Positions 33,034-46,137 of a stretch of 64,000 nt of DNA are shown here, one piece after another (positions within the stretch are counted from its first letter, which is position 1; the number at the start of each line of letters is the position of its first letter). The translations under genes and the position numbers were made by a program. Origin of the DNA: Schizosaccharomyces osmophilus (lineage: Eukaryota); NCBI RefSeq assembly GCF_027921745.1, contig NC_079239.1:2976001-3040000 (forward strand), in the 5' to 3' direction. The notes under the pieces are model-generated. The model saw only the letters and a list, made by a program, of their open reading frames with translations. It was not told where the DNA came from and did no database searches.

Positions 33034-33684
33034 CCCAATTTACATCGACTTTGAATAGAACAGATGGATATGAATACTAACAATTGAATTGGCAAGTCTA
33101 AAGACGCACAAAAATAATACAAACAATACACTCAATAGCCTTATATATTATATTAATAATTATCATAACCGTAATGCTTTTATAAGCATAAAGGACAATA
33201 AAAACAATTTCTGCTGTCGCAAGGAAGTTTTCTTGAATAGGACATTGCCATAGCCTCTAAAGATATGTCGTTCGCATCTTAAAAGCGCTTGGCTTGATGA
33301 GGTGAGAAGCTAAACCCTTCAAGCCATGGCAGTCAATCCTTTCAATCTAAAAGTCCCACTTGCAGAGATTCAATCGACTTTTCCAATCAAATTTTGTAAA
33401 GAAATAACTGTTCGATTGTTTGATCTTAATCTATGAAACTATTTGTACTTCTAGAATTGTAACCTTTGCGTTTTGTTGACCTCGAATTTGAAGTTATTCT
33501 TTATGGTTATAACAGTTGTAGGTATACATAAAAAACAAAAAGAAAATCCATTTTCTTTGAATAAGATAGTAAGGAATAACATTCAGATTTTATTATTTGA
33601 TTAAAATTAGTCATAAACAGTAGCATTAAAAGAAAAAACATAAGAATGAATCGCATTGTCTAGAAAAGTTTTGGATACGCTTGC

Positions 33685-36096
33685 TCATGAGCGCATATAT
33701 TGAGCAAGGTTATGCATACGGTCAATAATTTGTGGAAATAAAGCACTGACAGAATCCGTGATTAACTGTTCGAAATACATGATGGCATCAGACTCCGACA
33801 TTTGTAAGCAAAAACGTTCCTTCACTTTGTAAACTACTTTGTCCTTATCGAACTTGATGTCTGGAATATTGGCATCCACCATTAACGAGAAAAGATTTAG
33901 TATAAGGTTGGAAGATTTTCGAAGTGCAGTAAATGTGGTGTAACAATATGACTTGAACTGTTGATAAAAAGGAGAATTGTAACCTCCCATACCTTCGACC
34001 ATTTCTTTTGAAAGCTTCATAGCTGGTGAAAAAAGTTTCGGGTCTCTTCCCAAAATATACCCGAAATCTGCGTGGAAGAAATGGCCATCTTCCGTAATTA
34101 ACAAGTTATCCAAATGACGGTCACCGACACCCAATAGATAGGTTATTACACAGTATCCGGCACAGCTTCGAATATAGTTATCCATTGCTTCTGGATGAAT
34201 GCCGTACGTATTAGTGGTAGTGTCATTATCTGGATTGTGTTCCCGTAAATAAGCTAAAACACTACCCCTGTATTCAGCAAGTATACTAGCCAAAGTTTTC
34301 GATGGAACAAACTGCACAGCCCCGTGAGTTGGTCCCGTAGCCAAAATCCTGTATGGCTTAAGATGGAGATCTAACTTTTCTTTTTTTAATAACTTATCCA
34401 TAAGTGTCAATATTTGTATCACCAGTTGATCTTGCCGCAAATCATCTCCGTTCTTAAATATAATCGGATATGAACTATCATCCTCACATCTAAAAACTAA
34501 GCGGAGAGGTTGCATGGTTGATTTAAAGACAGTGCAAGCTTCAGGATTAATTCCTATTATATTAATAGAGGGATCCAGAGGGAGTGGAAGTGGTGTGAAA
34601 TTCATGAAATGATGCTTGGAATCAACTAGGACAGATTTCAAGTATTCTATTTTTTTTATTCTTGTTCCCCGGTATGCTTGAACTGATTTGCTCAACCGAA
34701 GCAATTTTTCAATGAATTTGGCCTGTGTTGCAAGCGCCTCACGGATTGCTCTTCCCTCACTTGATTTGGAAAGCTCTTGCTGAAGAAGAAACATTACCGA
34801 AGAAAATAATTTGTTAGAGGGCTCATCTTGAATTTCAACCACTAAATACCAGTACAAATCATTTCCGATACTAGGCGAAGAGACGGCACGACTGACCAAA
34901 AAGCTAGCTAAAGGACTTGGTTTGGGATTTTCCTTAGCACTGCCTGGAATATCGTATCGCAAAGCTTGTACGAGTTGAAGCAGATACAAGGAAAGCTCCT
35001 CGTTGGATGCTGTCTCCAGTCTGGAAACAGCGTACGCACGCACTGTTGGGTTTTTGAATGAAGGACTCAGTAGTTCCAAAGCATCATCAATGTCAATCTG
35101 AGTCCAACTATCCAAAAGACTAAGAGCTTGATTTACTTCTGTACTATCAGACCACATGACACTCTTTAGAAACTTTGTCATAGCCTTTTTGTTCCTAGTT
35201 AAGTAGTATCGGAATTTCCAAATCAAATCCTTTTCTTCCAGTGACAGGTCATCGCTGGGAGGATAAGACATAATATTCTCCAATTCTTTACGGATTTTGG
35301 AGTTTGGCTTCAAGTCTCTATCCAACGGCCCATTACGCTGAGAACGAACAAGTCTGCGATGTTTTAGTTCTGCAGGACTGTCAAAATTCGATTCCAAATC
35401 AAAAGACGAGGAAAAGACAGATGTATATATACATTCATAGTTAAGATTTTGATATAAGATAGGAAATGAAAACTGCAAAAACTCGACATAAAGATACGGG
35501 GTGTGAACAAGAGGAATGTAAGAAGATCGATAAGCCTTTAATGTTGTCAAGGAAAGCTCGTCCAGCCATGCAATTGAAGGTAGGTCACCCAATTGAAGCT
35601 TAAACAGTAATTGATCAAAGCGTTCGACTTCATGGACTTTCTCGCTTTCAGCAGAAGTTAGTGTATTACATTTCGTGCTTTCGTCGTTTAACGTATAGAC
35701 TGGTATTTTTTGTAGTCCTTGCCTTAATAGCTTATTTTCATCAAATAATGCGTATTTCGCGCTTCCAACAAACTCGTATTTGGTTTCATCATGCAAAGAG
35801 GGTTTCCACATAGAAATTAAAAAATGTGAATTCGCAGGAAGCTCTGCCACACTAATTTCAAAGTTAGCCCAATCGTTTTTAGCAAGTTTTGATAGCTCAG
35901 TGGGAAGCACACTTTTGTTTGGAGTCTTTGAAACAAAAAATCGTTGAACTAAGGAAATTGGTTCGCTGTCTGAAAACAGCTGAAAGGAACACAGATGTGA
36001 GTCTAGAGCATCCTTCCATTCGAAAAAGCATAGCTTTATTAGAAATTTGGCATTCACTTTGCTTGAAGGGCAATAGGAGAAAACTAGTTTATCCAT
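33685..36096 (-). CDS. pik3: Class III phosphatidylinositol 3-kinase Vps34
   Basis: FKNGDDLRQDQL, GVGDRHLDN, HADFGYILG, HNLAQYMRS C-terminus. Confidence 0.97.
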   Translation of the reverse strand: MDKLVFSYCPSSKVNAKFLIKLCFFEWKDALDSHLCSFQLFSDSEPISLVQRFFVSKTPNKSVLPTELSKLAKNDWANFEISVAELPANSHFLISMWKPSLHDETKYEFVGSAKYALFDENKLLRQGLQKIPVYTLNDESTKCNTLTSAESEKVHEVERFDQLLFKLQLGDLPSIAWLDELSLTTLKAYRSSYIPLVHTPYLYVEFLQFSFPILYQNLNYECIYTSVFSSSFDLESNFDSPAELKHRRLVRSQRNGPLDRDLKPNSKIRKELENIMSYPPSDDLSLEEKDLIWKFRYYLTRNKKAMTKFLKSVMWSDSTEVNQALSLLDSWTQIDIDDALELLSPSFKNPTVRAYAVSRLETASNEELSLYLLQLVQALRYDIPGSAKENPKPSPLASFLVSRAVSSPSIGNDLYWYLVVEIQDEPSNKLFSSVMFLLQQELSKSSEGRAIREALATQAKFIEKLLRLSKSVQAYRGTRIKKIEYLKSVLVDSKHHFMNFTPLPLPLDPSINIIGINPEACTVFKSTMQPLRLVFRCEDDSSYPIIFKNGDDLRQDQLVIQILTLMDKLLKKEKLDLHLKPYRILATGPTHGAVQFVPSKTLASILAEYRGSVLAYLREHNPDNDTTTNTYGIHPEAMDNYIRSCAGYCVITYLLGVGDRHLDNLLITEDGHFFHADFGYILGRDPKLFSPAMKLSKEMVEGMGGYNSPFYQQFKSYCYTTFTALRKSSNLILNLFSLMVDANIPDIKFDKDKVVYKVKERFCLQMSESDAIMYFEQLITDSVSALFPQIIDRMHNLAQYMRS

Positions 36097-37100
36097 TCCA
36101 TAAGTATTGCATATATCGCACTGTTCGTTCTCTATTACATATAAAAAAGAAGAGCAAGCAGAATATTAGAGCTGGTTTATTGAATGTAGTTGTGGAAAGT
36201 GGATTCTGGAGGAATGTATTGAACGAGCTTGCAGGTTAAGTATAGGTGGTGGATCTTAAGATTCTCTGCTATCTGAAGCAGTAAGATGTTCTGAAGAATA
36301 ACATGAACTACGCTTAATATAGTAGGTATAATTAAGAGAAAGATATCAATAGATGGCATCAGCATCGCTTCTTTCATTATGAAATCTTGAACGCCAGTAC
36401 CACAGTCAAAACAACAAGAAAACATTGAATAAAATAGAAGACATTGGCTTTCTTTTTTATCATATTTTCTTGCTCAGTTGTTTCATAGAATTCATCAAAA
36501 GAAAAGGCATTGAATATCTAGGGACTCAACGAAAGCTGTATATCTACAATAAAATCAAAAATGAAAGAAATGGAAGTATACTCTATCAAATGTTTTAGGT
36601 AGCCCATTAATAGAAGGTGCTGCTTCTGACAGAACGCTCAGGTTAATCTTCTATGAGGATAGAAAAAAGAAAGGTTGGATTCCTGCTTGCGCATAACGGA
36701 ACAGACTAGTAGTTTCAGATTGCATATGTTTAAGGATTTTTATACTTGAACTTTTGAAACCGTCTACGTTGGTCACTAAACTTACCAAGCAAATAATGGG
36801 CTCGAAAAAACACTGAACGAAAAAGCAAACAAGGAAACAAATTAAACATGAACCAATGTTTAGTTTCTCTTTTAGGTATCTCTACGTTGTCATAAATTTT
36901 TGCTCGTTTGAAAAGAAGTGTCAACATATCTTCATTCTTTTAAAAGAAAGAGTCCTTTATAAGGTTGGTTATCAACACTAAGTGTCAAAATGAGTTCGAA
37001 CACCGAAATACAATCTGCGTTTCTCTTGGCTGACTCGCGATCCTTTTCGTTCCTCGACATTTGTTTAACTTACAGTGGGCATTCTTCCTCGAAATAAAGC

Positions 37101-38503
37101 ATGGAACCAATTTTGGAGAAACTATTTAATCAAACGTTAAAAAATAACGTTCTAAAAGAATCCAGTATTCTACTTATAGGTATGTTTGTTTGTTGTCCCT
37201 TCAAGAAGAATCGTTGCTAAAGAAAGTAGGAAATTGTTCTGGATTTTCGGACCTCTTGGGCAAATGCAACATCCATTCCATTTCGAAAGAGAGTAAAAAC
37301 TGTCCGTTCATTTCGTCTCCGATTGTCAATTGCTATGAAATATCTTATGAGTGCTTTGCTCTGTATACAGACATAGGAGGTACGTTCAGTATAAAAGATG
37401 GATTTTACTTACATAAAAAGAAAAAAGCCATATAATTCACGTATGGCAGTCGTCCTGTATAACAGACCAACTATTACAATTCTTTGTGCACCAGTCATTA
37501 CGTTCGCATGGACTGGATGCATTATGGGTGATATATGTGAATCATGTATTTTTCGAAAATCCAAAAGGTTTTGCAAAGGAGCTTCTGGAAGTTTTACGAG
37601 TCTGTCAGCACTCTATTAGCGAATTTCATCAGGAATTCTTCATAACACGAGACAAGCGTAAGTGGGATCATTGAAATTTACTTATAAGCTAACAAAACAG
37701 GGCAAAAAATTATGAACCAATATCATAGTCTTTTCTCAACAATCGCTCCCGATGAATTTAGCTCATTTTTCAACTTTACATTAATCTTACCCCAGGTATA
37801 TACGGATCTTATAATTTTTTGCTGACCTCTATAGCTTGATGATGACAATGAAACGCCTTCTATGAACGACGATATGAAAGACTTTATACAACAGTTTGCT
37901 CGAAGTCTATTGCTCCTGATTCCCACATCTTCTTTAATGTACCTTTCGTCGAATCCATATTCATGGGACAATTTTAAAAGTCTGCTAAAGCTCTATCTCT
38001 TAAATGATGAATCTGGTATAATTCAAGAAAACCATCGTATTATAGCTGTAAATACGATTGAAAATGATAGACTTTTAGTTCCGCCTTGTTGGGACACAAT
38101 GCAAAAAATTCAAAACGTCAATCTTAAGTTCCAAACTGTTGTCGTTGATGTGGCTACAAAACAGCTTCATCAAGTTTTTGAGACGGACGACTTGATCATT
38201 TATTATGAAAGCAATTTCCATAATCAGAGAGACAATCAGCGGATACCGGATGATGAATTAGACTTTCCTTGCAAATCACACCAGCAATTTCTAATGGAAT
38301 TACTGAACAAATACAATGGCTTTCAAGGCCATGAAGGTGCTACAAAGCAGCTTCATCGCAATCAAAATCCACTCATCCAAGATGACCAAGATGAAATTTC
38401 ATTAAGTAATATATCTAAAAAATTAAACGTCGGACAAAATCATGAGTCCAATAACGCTTTATCAATCTTTTTTTCTGATATTCTAAACGAGAATATAAAT
38501 TAA
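37101..38503 (+). CDS. dli1: Probable meiotic dynein light intermediate chain (exons 37101-37179, 37230-37379, 37466-37657, 37701-37795, 37835-38503)
   Basis: Four GT-AG introns join the ORF fragments into about 394 aa; LLVPPCWDT resembles the DLIC PxGWD motif; lies between pik3 and tel2 as recalled for SPAC458.04c. Confidence 0.68.
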
Positions 38504-41130
38504 ATTCCGGCTAAACCAAACCTTCCTAAGGATAAATTAGATGAATCGTCAAGTATCTTTTCTAATGCAAGAGTCCTGTAATCTTTCATTCTTTTTTCAA
38601 ATTCTAATAACACCATTGCCGCAACTGACTTCACTTTTTCCCCACTGTCGGCAGAATTAAACAAAAATTGTGTATACGCTTCGAATCCCAATAGCGATTT
38701 TCCGTGTTGTGAAGCTAAAAAAGGTCCTGGAGATAATTCTAAGATTGCCAAAAAATTGAACAAAAGAGCCTCGTTGACCTCCGGGCTTTCGACTTTGAGG
38801 CGACAAACTTCGGTTAAGACAGTAATATATTCATCTATCATCCGGCTTAACCCTTCAAGTTTTGAGTTACAGCTTTGTGAAAATAGTATTCCCATAGTTT
38901 TCAGATAGTACACCAAAAACAAAGGATCAGTGAACGAGGAACGCTTGACTGCCATCATAAAGCCATTGGTCAATAACAAAAACAAGGAGTTATCGACTAT
39001 CTTGGACAGCTTATTAGCTTTGGGAGAGCTTCTACGTGACTCAATTTCCCTTTGTCTGGAAATAATCCTAGTCTGTAATGGCTTAGGTCCCTCAATTTTA
39101 TCCTCGTATTCTTCCACAATCGGCATCGTTAGTTTCTTTTCAAAGTCAAAACTCAACCTATCAAGTGTATTGGAGAAAAACTGATTATGAAGTGCTTCAG
39201 GTAGCTTTTTTGTGGGAAATTCGAGCTTATTTTCATCATTAGCTAAAGAAACCGCAGCCATGGCTATACTTGATAATATCAAAGTTTTCTGTCGTAAAGA
39301 AAAGTCGCCAATAAACAAAATAGAACATATCTCGGGACCGCAAACTTCCGGACAGGCAGAAAGAAGATTGCATAAGGAAGAAAGCTGTAGCCCATCAAAG
39401 TTTGGTAAGTCAAACCGATTTTGAAGTCCAACCAAAATTTCCAATAACCATTTTGCATGATCTTTAACTTCCGTTCCAAATACTGACTTTCTTTGGATCA
39501 ATCCGGGGGCAGCCTCAAGGGCTACCTTCTGTTTATTATAACTTTCGGTGTCTAGTAGTAATCGACATAAACTCTGTATATATTTGGGTGCATCTACCTT
39601 TGTTTGTGAAAGGGTAGGATCATCTGCCGAATCTTCACTCTCAGAATCAGTAATATCATGCGGCTGAAGATCATCAATATCTAAATTCCGTTCGAAATGA
39701 TTGCTATTGTTCTTAGCGGATTTACTGATGGACGATGATTCTCGAGCAGTAACAGCTTCATCATTCGTGGTATGCTTCTTCTCGTTTTTTAAAGGGTGAA
39801 GCTGTGAAGACAGCAAATCCAAAGACTGGAACTGATCGTCCAAATCAGTTAAATTTTTCAGATGGGTAGCTTTCGGACTAGCCATTAAGGGAACATCGAA
39901 TTTCAGTGATTTATTCTCAGAAACAAGAGAATATTTAGCAACAATCTCAGCTAAAACCATTCCATGTAAACGTATGCTTTCATCTAAACTTTCAAGTCTA
40001 TTGGAAATCCCATTTGTGAACAAAAACGACTTTGAACACTCATGGAGGAATTCTTTGTCTAGTTTTGAAAACATTAAAATTAGATAAATAGTCAAACTCT
40101 CCTGAGACACTACTGAATAGGCTTTTAAAAAATGAGAAGCTGACCAAGTTGTAAATAACGCATGAACAGTCTGTTTAAGCTTGACATTTTCTTCTTTCTT
40201 ATAAGAAGCCGAGCAACTTAAAGCTACAGACCGCATCAAATTAAGATTTAGAGGGATCTCCCAGTTAAACTCCAGCCACTGTAAAAAATCGCTCGGCAGA
40301 AAATTAAGTCGAAGCAACGTGGCCAGTGCTCCTGGAATAGACTCTGAATTTTCAAAATTCTGAGAAGTAGATGCAGAGTACTTCTTGTCAAATTCTAAAA
40401 GCAAGCATGTTAAAAACGTATTGCGATCTAGGGTGTTTAACGAACGAAACAATTTTTGAAACGAAGGTGAATATGTCTGTAAACGAGGAATTAAAGAATA
40501 GACTGCTGTTTTTTGTTGCCCCGGACGCAATAAATAATGATATAAATCAGAAAAGTCCGTGATGATTGAACCATTTTGATGTTCTAGTAAGTTGGCAATC
40601 TTTTTACTCAGGATTTCAGAGTACTTAGCCATAGAAGAGACATTGTATGTTTTTGAGATATTATATTTAGAGATAAAAGCTGCAGAGGAGTTGATGATTC
40701 CGAAATTACCAAGAAAAAATGTAAAGCTCGACCATGCTGAGCGTTTTTTGGATTCAGGTAAATTCGAGGTCATAATAGTGTTTTGAGCTTTCTTTAAATC
40801 CATCTTCTTAAACGAAGCTTCCACAACATCTAGATATAGCGTACCGATAAAACCTGCATTTGGTTGATCATCATATATAAGCTCATCCAATCGAGCACAA
40901 AGTACCTTGAGGCCAGGGAAGGTTGCAAAGCAATTGACTAGAAGATCTTGAATAAACGAACTTCCATTCTCAGTTTCCCAAAAGGTAGGTAAAATGTTGT
41001 TTGCAATTGTGTGTAGTAAAGCAGTATTTTCCGCTTCAGGCAAGCCTATATAACTTTCTATAGAAGAAAGTATTTCTTTTAAGCGAGCATTTCCTATACA
41101 TGTCGATAATTCGCTCTTGATTGAGTTCAT
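38500..41130 (-). CDS. tel2: TTT complex subunit Tel2
   Basis: ATG 41130; GISNRLES..GMVLAE, acidic SEDSADD linker, APKYIQSL, LQNRFD. Confidence 0.88.
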   Translation of the reverse strand: MNSIKSELSTCIGNARLKEILSSIESYIGLPEAENTALLHTIANNILPTFWETENGSSFIQDLLVNCFATFPGLKVLCARLDELIYDDQPNAGFIGTLYLDVVEASFKKMDLKKAQNTIMTSNLPESKKRSAWSSFTFFLGNFGIINSSAAFISKYNISKTYNVSSMAKYSEILSKKIANLLEHQNGSIITDFSDLYHYLLRPGQQKTAVYSLIPRLQTYSPSFQKLFRSLNTLDRNTFLTCLLLEFDKKYSASTSQNFENSESIPGALATLLRLNFLPSDFLQWLEFNWEIPLNLNLMRSVALSCSASYKKEENVKLKQTVHALFTTWSASHFLKAYSVVSQESLTIYLILMFSKLDKEFLHECSKSFLFTNGISNRLESLDESIRLHGMVLAEIVAKYSLVSENKSLKFDVPLMASPKATHLKNLTDLDDQFQSLDLLSSQLHPLKNEKKHTTNDEAVTARESSSISKSAKNNSNHFERNLDIDDLQPHDITDSESEDSADDPTLSQTKVDAPKYIQSLCRLLLDTESYNKQKVALEAAPGLIQRKSVFGTEVKDHAKWLLEILVGLQNRFDLPNFDGLQLSSLCNLLSACPEVCGPEICSILFIGDFSLRQKTLILSSIAMAAVSLANDENKLEFPTKKLPEALHNQFFSNTLDRLSFDFEKKLTMPIVEEYEDKIEGPKPLQTRIISRQREIESRRSSPKANKLSKIVDNSLFLLLTNGFMMAVKRSSFTDPLFLVYYLKTMGILFSQSCNSKLEGLSRMIDEYITVLTEVCRLKVESPEVNEALLFNFLAILELSPGPFLASQHGKSLLGFEAYTQFLFNSADSGEKVKSVAAMVLLEFEKRMKDYRTLALEKILDDSSNLSLGRFGLAGI

Positions 41131-42061
41131 AGGAAAAACCAATGCTCTAGCAGTAAGTACAAGCTTTTAGTAATTCAAATGTCCTTGAGCAAAACTATTT
41201 TACTCCAATTCGTAATTCTTGTATTAGTTTTTTACTAAAGCACAGATATTGGTTACTAAGTGAAGGTAGCTTTTTCTTGAAGGTTATGGAATTGTAACCG
41301 AATACCAATTTACCCAACATCTGAACAAATATCTGAGTTAATTCATAGCTTTCATTCCTCTTCATTTCAAATTATTTCTTTTTGTTCCTTGGAATTTTAT
41401 AGAGACATTTCTTTCACGCCAAGTTTTTTGCGTCGTCAGTAGACTAGCATATCGTGGGTTTTTGTAAATTAAAGCTCTTTAAAAGTTAACGGAAATAAAA
41501 CTCTAGTAAATGCATAAAATGGTAAGGTATAGGTTTGCTTTTAGGCCAACGAATCGGTCTGAACATGCAACGACAAAAATTCCAATCATTCCAATCATAA
41601 GCTATACAAGGAACATATTCCTCTCTACCAAATTCCTCTTAATTCCCCCTTCATCAAATTTAAAATTAAATTGATTGGAAACCTCACAGCATGAAAACTC
41701 AAACCATGATTCTCCTTTTTAGTTAGAGCTGCAATTGTTTACACTTTACCTAGAATACTTTCCCTGCGAGCAAAATATTAGAAATAAAACCTTGCAAATT
41801 CAGCATTCACCACTACAATTAAAAGCCATGAAAAGATTCAAATATGCTCACTTTGCATAAAAAGCTCGTTTTCTTTTCACTTAAGATGTATTATATATTG
41901 AGACATGAATTAACGAAGAATTCTACAACTGATGAGAATAAATAAAGATCCATCTTGTTTAGTCGTATTACTGCTTTTCTATGTGTGGTTGGGCACATTT
42001 ATTGCACTTGGACTATACCACCATCCATCAACGGTACGGAAAGAACCTGAAGATCGCAATA

Positions 42062-43679
42062 ATGTCATCAAATAAGCCTGCTCGTCCCGATGAAACTGTT
42101 CATAAAAATGCATTAAATGAATTAGATGCTAAAATCAATGAGGTTAAGAAGCAATTTGTAAGTCTATAGATTATATCTGCTGGGTCCGTTATATTGCCAA
42201 GGTTGCGTTAAACATTATATTTTTACGCGACTTTTACAAGAAATAAAGATTTTACGATCTATTTGACGCGATAAGTAGCGGTTGCATTGGTTTATTGTCG
42301 TACTAGACGAGCATTAGCTAACTCGTATATTAATTAGTCTGAACAAAAGGAAAAGCTTGGAGCAGTTCGCGGTGGTGGTTCCTTACAAGAGAAGAACGCA
42401 GAACTTCGTTCTGAATTAGATCAAATTCGCAACGCTCAGTCGTCCATTCGTACTTCCAAGCAAGCCCTCATTAACAAGGTGAAGGCCCAAGATGAAGCCC
42501 TAAAGAAGAAGGTTCGTTCATAGCTTTTTCTAGGGAAAAGAGGAATATTTTTTTGGACTAGTTATATTTGCTAACTTGTTTCAGATTAGCGAACTCAATG
42601 GGTTGAGAAAGACTATTCCATACAAGTCGGAAGCTGATCTTGATCGTCAAGTTCATCAACTTCAAGCTGCTGTCGATTCTGGAACTCTGAAAATTGTTGA
42701 CGAAAAGAAGTACCTTAGAGAAATTACTCAGTGCAACCGTACTAGAAGAAGCTTCACTGAATTGAACACTCTTCAGGCTTCCATTGATACCATGAAAAAT
42801 GAGCTCAATGAACTTCGCAACCAACTCAATGATCCCGAGTCCAAGAAGTTGAGTGAAAAGTTCGTCGAGGTTCGCTCTCAATTGGACGAAGTTCGTCAAA
42901 AGCAAGACAGTTACTACAAGGACCAACGCAAGATCTTTAGCGAACGTGATGCCCAAAAAGCTACTTTAGATGAATTGTACAACCAGCGTAGAGGACTTCA
43001 AAGAGAATACGATACCCAGTTGCGTGCTTTCCGTACCTACGAGCGTGAACAACGCGCTAAGCGTCAAGAGCAAATTCGTTTAGAGCGCGAGGCCCGTGAC
43101 AAGGAAAAGAAGCAAGTCGTAGCCGAACGTAAACTTGAAGAGGCTAGCATCCCTGCATTCACTGAAGAAATTCTTGCTTGTGAAAATTTGCTCAAGATGT
43201 TTAACGTTTCTGTTGAGTCTTCCCAGCAGTCTAGTGAAAGCCCCAAGCAAACTCCTGCCAGTAACATGCGCCCCCGTACTCTTGCCCCTCGTAACGTAGA
43301 CCCTATTCCCGAGGGTACTGTTTTGAAGAAAGACAATTCTGACGGCGATGCACTCTTTTCTGGTCTCAAGAAGTCTAAGCCCAAGAAATCCAACAAAAGT
43401 ACTAACAACCACCATGCAGACTCTGATAGACTCAATCTTTCATTGGGAACTATTAAGGAATTCGACTTCGTTGGTGTTGAAGCTCCTTTGGCTAGGACTC
43501 AAGTAGAATCTGCCATTGAACAACTTAAGTCACGTATCGGTAATTTGAAAGAAAAGCAAGATTCCACTACTAAGGAACGTATTGAGAAGGCCAAGAAGGA
43601 ACTTGAAAAAATTGAAGCTAGCTTCACTCACAAACCCGAGACTGAAGCTACACCCGTTGTTGAACAAGAGACTGCTTAA
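42062..43679 (+). CDS. Bfr1-like coiled-coil mRNP/ER protein (exons about 42062-42157, 42338-42511, 42585-43679)
   Basis: Coiled coil; IPYKSEADLD..VDSGTLKIVDEKK motif; synteny with recalled SPAC458.02c. Confidence 0.8.
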
Positions 43680-43850
43680 TTTTCTAAATCATACAGAACT
43701 GTTTAAGGATAACTTTTGCACTACATTCATTTTGATCTACCTATTAATTTAGAAAAAAGAACAAATCTTTTTGGCACATATACATTAGTTCATGTGAATA
43801 AAGCATTCCTTTTTCTCTATATATCCATGGGAATTTTTCTAGAACAAAAT

Positions 43851-46137
43851 TTAAGTACTTTTCTCAGTCGATGCAGTTTGATCTTCGATTCTGGGTCCCT
43901 CAATCTGTAATTTTAATGTCCTAAGTATAAGGGTTAGTGATTACATCCCAATAAAGCCAATACGTACCTTTTTTCAGCATTCGAAATCATGACATTGCAC
44001 ATGCGAACACTTTTCCAGAGAGGAATATAGACGTCTTTTTTGATAAAGCTATGCTCTTTTTTTAGATCAACGTAAAGAAGGGTATTACCTAAAGGAAGCT
44101 TTTCAAAATGCTTTCTGAAAATACTGTCCTCTGGGAAGTTATCCATCGAAACAGCTACATGGTCTAAGAAAATCATCAAATCTGAGAGATTGGTGGTCAA
44201 AACACAGTCTCTGCTGATACAATGACTTGCAAGTCTAGATCCATCACTTTGAACACGGAAAACACAAACATTGGTATCCTTGGCAACTTCCTTAGATAAG
44301 CTTCCAAAATCTTGTTTCACAAAAATCTTTAGGCCCCCATGTACAAATTTCACTCGGTTTCGATTACTCTCAATTATATTTTTGAACAAACTGTTAGAGA
44401 CGTATACAGCACGAGATATTGTTCCCTCAAGATTTCGAACAAAAAATAGATCTTTTTTCAGATGGTTATCATTCATTTTGAACGACTCGTAGATATTATC
44501 CAGCAGTTCGTCATTTTCTTTAATATAAACGAAAGGGTCTAGTTCATGGTATTTATTTCCAGCTTTTAAAGCTCGATGTTCTGCGGACACTAATCTTTTT
44601 TCAAATTTGGAAGATTTTTGCTTCTTTAGCAAAGGTTGCTCAACTTCTGCTTTTTTACCTGCTTCGTCCGAATTCTCTTGCTCCGGAATGTCTTTCTTTA
44701 ATGAAACCTCTGAGTTGTCACACTTTTCTATTACGGCTACGAAAAAGCCACCAGTGTTTTGATGATGAGGGTACACTCTCATGCATCTTTCAATTCCCAT
44801 TTGCGTGAGTTCTTCTTCGGGTAATGGCCAGAGAGATTTGGCCATTTTTCCATTTAAATCTTTAGGAACGGATTCGAATGAAGAATAAGTGTTCAAGTCA
44901 CTGTCACACACGGTCCAGCTCTTTACACCAGGGCTTCTTTTCAACTCGGGTATTTCATCACTTACATCTATTAATCTAACCGAACCTTTGCTTGCTTTTA
45001 AAACGGCAGCAACGACAGCTTCATTTTCAATTGGATTCATCGAGCAAGTAGAATAGACAAGACGACCAGAATTAGCCAGTAGATCGATACCACGTTTCAA
45101 AATCTTTATTTGGGTAGAATGTAGACCAAGAGCAGTCTTTAGTGTCCAATCACTCCAAAGGGAGATGTTTTTGCGAAATGTGCCATCGCCAGAACATGGA
45201 ACATCAGCCAAAATGCGGTCAAATTTTAAGAAAGATTTTTCTTTTCCGTTGGGGCCATCTACTTCAACATGGAAATGAGGCAGGAAAGATGCATCATGAT
45301 TGACGATTAATACATTTGGAGAGTTCAATCTCTTGATTTGGTGAATAAGCATGTGAGCTCGTTTGTTATCAGCGTCATTTGCAACCACTATACCAGAAGG
45401 AAGCAGACTTTCGAATGTTTCTTTGCCATCCGCAGGTGTATGAAGCTCCTCTAGAAGCTGGGCAGTTTTAGAGCCAGGAGCAGCACACATGTCAAGAACT
45501 TTATGATGGCTTTTCACATGAAGGAAAAGAGGAGGAATCATACTTACAGCTTCTTGTCTGCTGATATCACCGGCCTCGGTCTCTAAAACTAAGAATTGCT
45601 GAAGAAGCTTTAAGGGAGGACTTTTTCGAATAATAGTCTTTGGGATATCCAGCATGAAAGCCATCTGATTAGGATACCATGGTAGCAAAACTGGGGGTGA
45701 AATCTTTGTACCTTCAACTTCCACGTTCTCAATTAGAGGATAGTAATGCTTTATGAAGTGATCCCGGACTTGAGTGGCATGTCTAAGGTAGATTCATTAG
45801 AAACTTGTTCATTTTTTAAAAAATAAAGACATACTGGTTACAAGAGGAAATACGAAACGTAGTCGGCAAAGGTTCAGCAAGTTTTTGCATCAAACTTTCA
45901 AATTCATCATCTGACACGAGCGCTTGAAGCTTATAATACTTTTCAAGTCTTTCATTCCTACACGATTATATAGTCAGTTTCAATTACTAAGATTGGCGAA
46001 CAACTTTACCTTCGTGGTACTTGAGTCCAATCTATAAACTCATCATTTTTCTGGTTCCTATTAGCATTTCCATCATATTTTAGTAAATCTAAATATAAAT
46101 TTACCTTTTTTTTACCAGAATACTGCCTACGTCCCAT
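43851..46137 (-). CDS. trm401: tRNA cytosine-C5 methyltransferase, NSUN2/Trm4 family (multi-exon)
   Basis: [46 protein letters not shown] 46137; last intron 43921-43967. Paralog name from synteny. Confidence 0.88.

Noticed and set aside
33241..33335. Hairpin (TGGCTTGA/TCAAGCCA) between atg1803 and pik3 as an ncRNA
   Set aside because: Only an 8-bp stem with no tRNA or snoRNA hallmarks.
31723..36096. Adjacency of a PI3P effector (atg1803) and the PI3 kinase (pik3) as a functional cluster
   Set aside because: Tandem orientation with no shared promoter, and the order is inherited with the whole syntenic block; probably chance.
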